Of a DNA stretch of 31,016 nucleotides, positions 25,096-31,016 are shown piece after piece. The position numbers and the translations under genes are program-made. The number at the start of each line of letters is the position of its first letter. Within the stretch, counting starts at the first letter, position 1. Source of the stretch: a virus. Lineage: Duplodnaviria > Caudoviricetes. A model generated the notes under the pieces. The model saw nothing but the letters and a program-made list of their open reading frames with translations. It was not told where the DNA came from and did no database searches. The stretch is taken from positions 1 through 31,016 of IMG/VR virus record IMGVR_UViG_3300025647_000171. One strand, given 5' to 3'.

Positions 25096-27692
25096 TGGCA
25101 AGTAAAGTAAAATGTACGTGTGGACATTCTTGGAATAAATCAGATTCCAGTAAGAAAGATGTAAATGTGTGCCACGTTTGTGGAAAAGATAATACTATGA
25201 AGAATGGTGGATGGTTAGATAATTATGGTAAAGCAGATAATGCCAATGAATCTAATGTTTCAATGTCAGATGATTTTGTAGGATTAGCTTATGATACATC
25301 TGGAAGAAACTATTCTCCATCATGGGGAGGACAGTTTCAAACAGGAGGTTCTATTCCTGGCTCTGTAGGATTCACATATGCACGTACAGGAGATATTCCC
25401 AGCAATGGTAAGTATGCAAAGAAGACAATGGCTTCTGCACAGAATGGTATTATGTCTCCAATGTTATTAGCAAGAAATGTTTTAAACTATTTCTATCCTA
25501 ATGAAGAAGCTGCACCAGCTGTAGAAGCTGTAGAAGCAGCACCAGTAAACTATAAGAAAGGATTAACAAACGAACTTCTACAAAGACAAGCATATAAAGA
25601 ATCAACATTCAATCCAACCGCTGTTTCTAAAGCAGGATATAAAGGTCTTACACAAATTGGAGAAAGTGTTTTAAAAGATTATTCTAATAAGAAAGGTGGA
25701 AAGAAACTTGATCCATTTAATCCAGAAGATGCTGTAGAGCTTCAGAAGTTTGCAATGGATGATTTATATAATGCTAGCTTCATCAACAAGCCCAATCAAC
25801 CTGATAGTGTAAGAATTGCAAAAACCCTAGCTGCTTATAACTGGGGAAGAGGAAATCTATCTAATTATCTCAATGAACAAAAGAGTAAAGGCATAGACAT
25901 ATATGATTCTTACGATTGGTTAAACAATCTCCCAAAAGAAACTAGTGATTATGTAAATAAGATCTTTCTACAAGAAGATCCATCATTTAATAAGAACTAT
26001 AAGAAAGCTTCTACAAATCCAAAATACGAAGAGGTAACATCTCTTTATGATCAGAAGAAGTTTGGTGGTGATATTCCATCTGCACAGAATGGTCAAGAAA
26101 TGAGATTCTATCAGAATGGATTGGATTGGAAACCAAAGAGTATGCAACCTGGTGGTAATATAGAAAGAATATCTATAAATGATCCTCGATATGCAGAGAT
26201 GTATAAGAACAGACAAGTAGGTGCATATTATGATGGTGCGTACAGTCTTCCTGATCTTGATGAAGTTACTGTCACAGCTCCTAGAAGTTATACAATGGAT
26301 TCATTGCGTGACTTTACAACAGCTGCATTATATGGCGCACCAGCAAATGCAATGAAGTTATCAATGATTCCCCAAGCAGCAATGACTGAAGGGATTGAAG
26401 CTCTTCGAGGTAGACCTTATGATTTCTCAAATGTCAATCCAAACTTTGGAGGATTCACATCAAATCAAAGAGATCTTTCTCAAACTATGGGATATGAAAA
26501 TCCTGAAGGATTCTTGCAGAATGCTGTAAACTTTGGACTATCAGCAGTTGACCCAATTAATTTAATTGGAGCAGGTATGTTTAGAAAACCTTTACAGAAA
26601 AAATTAGCTAAGTCATTTTCTAAAAATTTTAAATCAGAAATAGATTGGGGTAAATGGAACCCTGATACTCCTAAATATCCTGAACTTATTAAAGAATACA
26701 ATAAAATAGAAGAAACTACTAAAAAGGCTGGTGTATGGATGAAGAATCCTGATGGTTCTGTATTTAAAGGAACACCTGAACAATTTGTACAACAGAATAG
26801 TAAAAACTTTAAAAAGGCATTTGGTGATTCTAAATTATTAAATCCTGATGGTAGCCCAACCATTCAATATCATGGATCTGCTAAAAAGTTTGATACTTTT
26901 GATGAATCTAAATTTCAATTAGGAGATTCTGGATATTCTGGAAAAGGAATTTATACCACTCCAGATAAAGGTAAAGCAAGTAGTTATTCTTTGTCTTCAA
27001 AAAGTATTCATAAAGACGGTGATTATGAACCTACTATTTATGAATTATATGGACAAGGTAATAATCCCATAAGTGCTGAAGATTTAATAAAACAAAATAA
27101 AGATTATGATTTATTTAATTTTCATAGAGCAAGAGATTGGAGAGGAGATGTTCCTCTAGAAGAACAGATGTTGGATTATGATGTAGCCATTAGAAATCAA
27201 ACCAGAGGAATTGAAAGAGTTTCACCTTGGAATCAAGCAACTGAATTAGTATTTCCTACAAATAAACAACTTAAATCCGCAGTGAGTAATGTAGGATTCT
27301 TTGACATGACTAATCCTAATATATACAAAGGAGTGGTCCCAGCTGGAATTGCAACAGCATTAACTTTTGATCAACAAAAGAATGGTGGAATAACTAAAGA
27401 CAATCAAGGCTATTGGAATCCAGACAACTGGGGAAAACCTGTTGAAATAGATTCTAATGACATAACAATGGAAGGTGTATACGAACCCCTCCTTGGTGTG
27501 TCTGACACTGGTGACACTAAGCTTATGAAGCCAGGAAAGAATTATAAATTCAAGGGAAAGAAAGTGACAGAGTATCCAGTTGCTAAATTGGGTATCAATC
27601 AATTAGATGCTCAACCCATGAAAAAACTAAATCAATTACTTAACTTTACAAATAACCCAGACAAGGATAACTGGCTGGATAAATATAAATGA
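25095..27692 (+). CDS. Multidomain internal virion (cargo) protein: Zn-ribbon + lytic transglycosylase (SLT) + ART-PolyVal-like ADP-ribosyltransferase
   Basis: CxC...CxxC N-terminus. SLT motifs KESTFNP, GLTQ, AAYNWG, ETSDYV. ART-like motifs YHGS, GKGIYTT, ASSY, ELVF. Located between the muzzle and cargo genes. Confidence 0.75.
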   Translation: MASKVKCTCGHSWNKSDSSKKDVNVCHVCGKDNTMKNGGWLDNYGKADNANESNVSMSDDFVGLAYDTSGRNYSPSWGGQFQTGGSIPGSVGFTYARTGDIPSNGKYAKKTMASAQNGIMSPMLLARNVLNYFYPNEEAAPAVEAVEAAPVNYKKGLTNELLQRQAYKESTFNPTAVSKAGYKGLTQIGESVLKDYSNKKGGKKLDPFNPEDAVELQKFAMDDLYNASFINKPNQPDSVRIAKTLAAYNWGRGNLSNYLNEQKSKGIDIYDSYDWLNNLPKETSDYVNKIFLQEDPSFNKNYKKASTNPKYEEVTSLYDQKKFGGDIPSAQNGQEMRFYQNGLDWKPKSMQPGGNIERISINDPRYAEMYKNRQVGAYYDGAYSLPDLDEVTVTAPRSYTMDSLRDFTTAALYGAPANAMKLSMIPQAAMTEGIEALRGRPYDFSNVNPNFGGFTSNQRDLSQTMGYENPEGFLQNAVNFGLSAVDPINLIGAGMFRKPLQKKLAKSFSKNFKSEIDWGKWNPDTPKYPELIKEYNKIEETTKKAGVWMKNPDGSVFKGTPEQFVQQNSKNFKKAFGDSKLLNPDGSPTIQYHGSAKKFDTFDESKFQLGDSGYSGKGIYTTPDKGKASSYSLSSKSIHKDGDYEPTIYELYGQGNNPISAEDLIKQNKDYDLFNFHRARDWRGDVPLEEQMLDYDVAIRNQTRGIERVSPWNQATELVFPTNKQLKSAVSNVGFFDMTNPNIYKGVVPAGIATALTFDQQKNGGITKDNQGYWNPDNWGKPVEIDSNDITMEGVYEPLLGVSDTGDTKLMKPGKNYKFKGKKVTEYPVAKLGINQLDAQPMKKLNQLLNFTNNPDKDNWLDKYK
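25434..26093 (+). repeat. Exact 15-bp direct repeat TCTGCACAGAATGGT (25434-25448 and 26079-26093) flanking the SLT domain
   Basis: Both copies encode SAQNG and lie 645 nt (215 codons) apart, in frame. Confidence 0.9.
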
Positions 27693-27693
27693 T

Positions 27694-30432
27694 ATGCTTA
27701 CTAAACAAGATATTTTAAATTTAACAGGTCACACTGACATTAAGAAGTTCTACAGTGAATTTCCTAATGAAGATTCTTTCAAAGAAAAATATGGAAAGAA
27801 GATTGAGAAACTTCTTCGTAAGAAAGGTGTTGAAAAAGCTCAAGTAGGTTGGCAAGATAGTTATGCACCAGATCCAATAGAAGTTCAAAGTTTTGATTAT
27901 GCAGGAAATCAAAAACAAATTGATAAAGCTGCAAATAAAAATAGAAGACAAGCTTTACGTCAAGGTGTAGGTCTTAATAGCAATGAAGGTGTTGCCGATG
28001 AGTCTATTCAAAAAGGTGGTTTATCTGATGGAATAAATAAAATAAATTCTGAAAATGTTAATAATGCATTTACTGCTACTAGTACTATTGGTTCAAATGT
28101 TCAGAAAGTTTCAGGTGCTATAGCTGCTAAAAAGGCTGAAAAAGAAAAATACAAACTACTAAGTGAATTATCTCCATTAATTGCACAAGCTAGTTCAACT
28201 CTTCCTGAGCAAGTTAAAAAGAATTATAATCGTCCAGATGATCCGATGAATATGATTCAACCTGGTCAACTTTACAATCCATATGGTGAAGGAACAAATA
28301 TTCTTGCTGCTAAGAATGGCGCAGAGATAGCAAATACATTTGCTCCTAATACTATTTATAAGGATTTGGAAAAAGCACAAACTGGTGCAGAGATGGCTTT
28401 AATTACTGAAGGTGTGAATACTCTAGGAGATCAAGCCTCATTATTTTTTGATATTGGTAGAAAAAAATATCAAAAGAAAAATGATCAATTAATAAGTCAA
28501 ATGGGAATACAGCCTGGTATTCAGAATATTCAAAATTCTTATGTATCGCATATGGAAGATGGTGGAATGATTAATCCTCAAATGATTAAATCATTCAACA
28601 GAATACCATTAACAAAACTTCTTGCAGAAGATCCATTAATGCAATATCCTAATATGGAAACATTTAGAACTGGTGGAAACATTGGTCAGAATAATATGGC
28701 TATGGGTGGAGATCTAAGAACTCATTGGGGAGGTGGTTTAGAAACTGTTTCATATAATCCTATTGGAGGACCTACTGTAAAAGCAGTAGGTAATTCTCAC
28801 GATGAAGCTGATGAATATGGAAGAACTGGTATAGGTCTTTCTGTGGGTGATACAGGAAATAGTTATTTACAAGATTATGCTGAATTTGGAAGTAAACTCG
28901 CAACAGATAAAGCTGCTGTTGAAGTTGAAGAAGAGGCTATAATCAAAAAACCAAATCCAGATGGTTCTGAAAGTGCTGTTGTATTTGGGAAAAGAAAGTT
29001 TCCAAAGTTTTTTGCAAAAGCAATAAATAAGCCAGAGTGGGGTAATAAAACATTTAACAAAATTGTTCTAAACAATATAGTTTCAGAAGAAAATAAACTT
29101 GCAAAAAAACAATCAAAAGCACTTCAACTTCTTGAATCTGACGATTTATTAAAAAAGAAAACAGGAGAAGTTACAATGATTGGAGTTAAAGATGGTTATG
29201 AAAAAACATTAAATGATAAAAACTTTCTTGCTGATTTTCAAGATGCAATAAATAAAGCTGATGAAGCTGGGTTTGACATTAAAGAATTTGAAAAAACTGG
29301 AGAGTTAAAACAAGCTAAGATGGGTGCTAAAATCACCAAGGCTCAAACAGGAGAAACAATCTCTCCTGAGGATTATAAAGCTGCAATGGACTTGTACAAT
29401 CAAGGTGATATTAAAGGTTTCCAGCAATTAAGTATGAGACTTTTACCAAAATTTGTAGAATCATTAGGAGTACCTACAATTTCCAAAAGATTTGATGATA
29501 ACATTAAAGGTTCCAGAACAGAGAAGTTGAAAGACTATATGACTCAATTGAGTCAACAGTCTTCACCAGATATGATTGGTAGAACTAATCCAAACATGTT
29601 TTCAAATTACTCTAGTCCTAGATTTTCAGAAAATTTTAAATCAAATTTACCAGAAGAACAATATAGCTTTACACCTTATTTAAATAATGAAGGTGAATTG
29701 AAAAATAATTTTGACTTGCTTAGAAATATTTATAATGAGGTTCGTCCATATCTATTACCTAGTAATGCTGAAGATATGAATTTAAATCAAATTGCTCCAG
29801 AATTATATGCACTCAGTACAAATCAATTAGAACCTGTACAAGCACAAACTTACCAACCACAACTTTCAACACCTTATGATATTTCTCTTCAAGATCAATT
29901 AAATGAAATAACAGCAGACCAAAGAGCTGCTCAAAGAATGATGGGATATAATCCAACAGCACAAGCAAATCTTGCAGCACAAACATATGGTGCTAAATCT
30001 AGTGTGCTTGCAAATCAATTTAGAGCTAATCAAGATATCAAAAAAGTTTATGATGAGAACAGAGCTGCGTTAAATGATGCACAGTTAAAGAATTTAGGAA
30101 TCTACGATACTCAATATCAAAGACAGGAGGCAGCTAAATCAGCTACAAAGGCTACAAACTTAGCTAGTTTTAAATCAATTGCTGATAAGCAAATTCAAAG
30201 TAATCGTGATGAAATGTTAACTAAGATTTACGAAAACTTATATGATTTTAGATATGATTCTAAAGGAAGAGCAATTAACATGAACCCTCTTCAGAAATTT
30301 GATACAGAAATGTCAAGCATGAGTTCTCAAGACATTGAACAATTAGCAAAACAAAGAGCTGCTGAAGAAAAAGCTAAATCAAAGACTTCAAATACTGCTA
30401 GGAATGGATCTCTTGTAAGATCGTATAAATAA
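27694..30432 (+). CDS. Internal virion / ejected cargo protein (cargo protein 1-like)
   Basis: 912 aa, Q/N/A-rich and helical. Central 'GNSHDE...GIG...VEVE' block as in crAss-like cargo proteins, with many x[QK]xG(G) motifs. Confidence 0.65.
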   Translation: MLTKQDILNLTGHTDIKKFYSEFPNEDSFKEKYGKKIEKLLRKKGVEKAQVGWQDSYAPDPIEVQSFDYAGNQKQIDKAANKNRRQALRQGVGLNSNEGVADESIQKGGLSDGINKINSENVNNAFTATSTIGSNVQKVSGAIAAKKAEKEKYKLLSELSPLIAQASSTLPEQVKKNYNRPDDPMNMIQPGQLYNPYGEGTNILAAKNGAEIANTFAPNTIYKDLEKAQTGAEMALITEGVNTLGDQASLFFDIGRKKYQKKNDQLISQMGIQPGIQNIQNSYVSHMEDGGMINPQMIKSFNRIPLTKLLAEDPLMQYPNMETFRTGGNIGQNNMAMGGDLRTHWGGGLETVSYNPIGGPTVKAVGNSHDEADEYGRTGIGLSVGDTGNSYLQDYAEFGSKLATDKAAVEVEEEAIIKKPNPDGSESAVVFGKRKFPKFFAKAINKPEWGNKTFNKIVLNNIVSEENKLAKKQSKALQLLESDDLLKKKTGEVTMIGVKDGYEKTLNDKNFLADFQDAINKADEAGFDIKEFEKTGELKQAKMGAKITKAQTGETISPEDYKAAMDLYNQGDIKGFQQLSMRLLPKFVESLGVPTISKRFDDNIKGSRTEKLKDYMTQLSQQSSPDMIGRTNPNMFSNYSSPRFSENFKSNLPEEQYSFTPYLNNEGELKNNFDLLRNIYNEVRPYLLPSNAEDMNLNQIAPELYALSTNQLEPVQAQTYQPQLSTPYDISLQDQLNEITADQRAAQRMMGYNPTAQANLAAQTYGAKSSVLANQFRANQDIKKVYDENRAALNDAQLKNLGIYDTQYQRQEAAKSATKATNLASFKSIADKQIQSNRDEMLTKIYENLYDFRYDSKGRAINMNPLQKFDTEMSSMSSQDIEQLAKQRAAEEKAKSKTSNTARNGSLVRSYK

Positions 30433-30464
30433 CTCTAACTGAAAAAGTTAGAAAACAATCAATA

Positions 30465-30494
30465 ATTACTCCCTCTTGTAGGGAGTAATCTTTT
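30465..30494 (+). terminator. Intrinsic terminator-like hairpin
   Basis: ATTACTCCCT (30465-30474) / AGGGAGTAAT (30480-30489) perfect 10-bp stem followed by CTTTT. Confidence 0.7.
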
Positions 30495-30506
30495 ATATTA
30501 ACTTTG
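30476..30506 (+). promoter_or_regulatory. Candidate Bacteroidota sigma-70 promoter: TTG (30476-30478) - N20 - TAACTTTG (30499-30506)
   Basis: Matches the TTG/TAnnTTTG (-33/-7) consensus and spacing, 16 nt upstream of ATG 30523. Confidence 0.6.
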
Positions 30507-30522
30507 ATAAAACAATACTAAT

Positions 30523-31016
30523 ATGGCTTCATTCACAGATGCAATACCTCAATTCAATCCCTATATCCAACAACTTCCTGTTGAGGCTATGGTGGCTGTT
30601 GGAATGGAGAAACAAAAAAGATATGATGAAGGTATTCAAAAGATACAAGGTCAAATAGATCAAGTTGCAGGACTTGATATTGTTCGTGATGTAGATAGAC
30701 AATATCTACAATCAAAGCTTAATGATTTAGGATCAAAATTAAAAACTGTTGCTGCTAGTGATTTTTCAAACTTCCAACTTGTAAACTCTGTAGGAGGTAT
30801 GGCAAGTAAAATTGCTAAAGATAATACTGTTATGAACTCTGTACAATCTACAGCTAAGTTTAGAAAAGAACAATCATTGATGGAAGAGTCTAGACAAAAA
30901 GGTGAGTCTGCTATCCAGAATGAATATGATTTTTCAACTCAAACAGATAAATGGTTAAATGATACAAATGTTGGACAATCTTATAATGGTAGATATAGAA
31001 AATATCTTGATGTTGA
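30523..31016 (+). CDS. Next internal virion/cargo protein (3'-truncated; absent from ORF track)
   Basis: ATG 30523 reads MASFTDAIPQFNPYIQQLPVEAMVAVGMEKQKRYDEGIQKIQ..., open to the window end. Resembles the N-terminus of crAss-like cargo proteins preceding the virion RNA polymerase. Confidence 0.7.
   Translation, partial: MASFTDAIPQFNPYIQQLPVEAMVAVGMEKQKRYDEGIQKIQGQIDQVAGLDIVRDVDRQYLQSKLNDLGSKLKTVAASDFSNFQLVNSVGGMASKIAKDNTVMNSVQSTAKFRKEQSLMEESRQKGESAIQNEYDFSTQTDKWLNDTNVGQSYNGRYRKYLDV

Noticed and set aside
25520-26040. SLT domain as the lysis endolysin
   Set aside because: It is embedded in a large internal-virion-type protein with no adjacent holin or spanin. An entry-associated muralytic role fits better.
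1-31016. Stop-codon reassignment (TAG or TGA), known in some crAss-like phages
   Set aside because: Code 11 gives near-complete coding density with full-length genes. TGA (e.g. 7111, 15491) and TAG (15973) act as real stops right at the next start.

Overview
A contiguous, all-plus-strand, AT-rich virion morphogenesis module of a crAss-like (Crassvirales-type) podovirus, most likely infecting a Bacteroidota host. Host inference rests on A-rich leaders without a Shine-Dalgarno sequence and TAnnTTTG promoter boxes. Gene order: terminase large subunit (3' part), portal, acidic scaffold-like protein, major capsid protein, a conserved protein, ring protein, auxiliary capsid protein, tail hub-like proteins, a fibre/lectin/chaperone cassette, ring, HU/IHF-like protein, ring (tail tubular), a giant and apparently split muzzle (tail stabilisation) gene, then three internal/ejected 'cargo' proteins, the last cut by the window end. 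The standard genetic code fits throughout. Most notable: (1) an internal virion protein built from enzyme cassettes (lytic transglycosylase; ART-PolyVal-like ADP-ribosyltransferase) bounded by recurring x-[QK]-x-G(G) motifs, one cassette flanked by an exact in-frame 15-bp direct repeat; (2) a split muzzle with Thr-linker-joined accessory domains and a three-member family of ~70-aa 'GPF' N-terminal domains; (3) a compact three-way-junction RNA after the capsid terminator and a bipartite leader motif shared by the two genes flanking the capsid gene. Product calls come from remembered motifs and synteny, not database searches.
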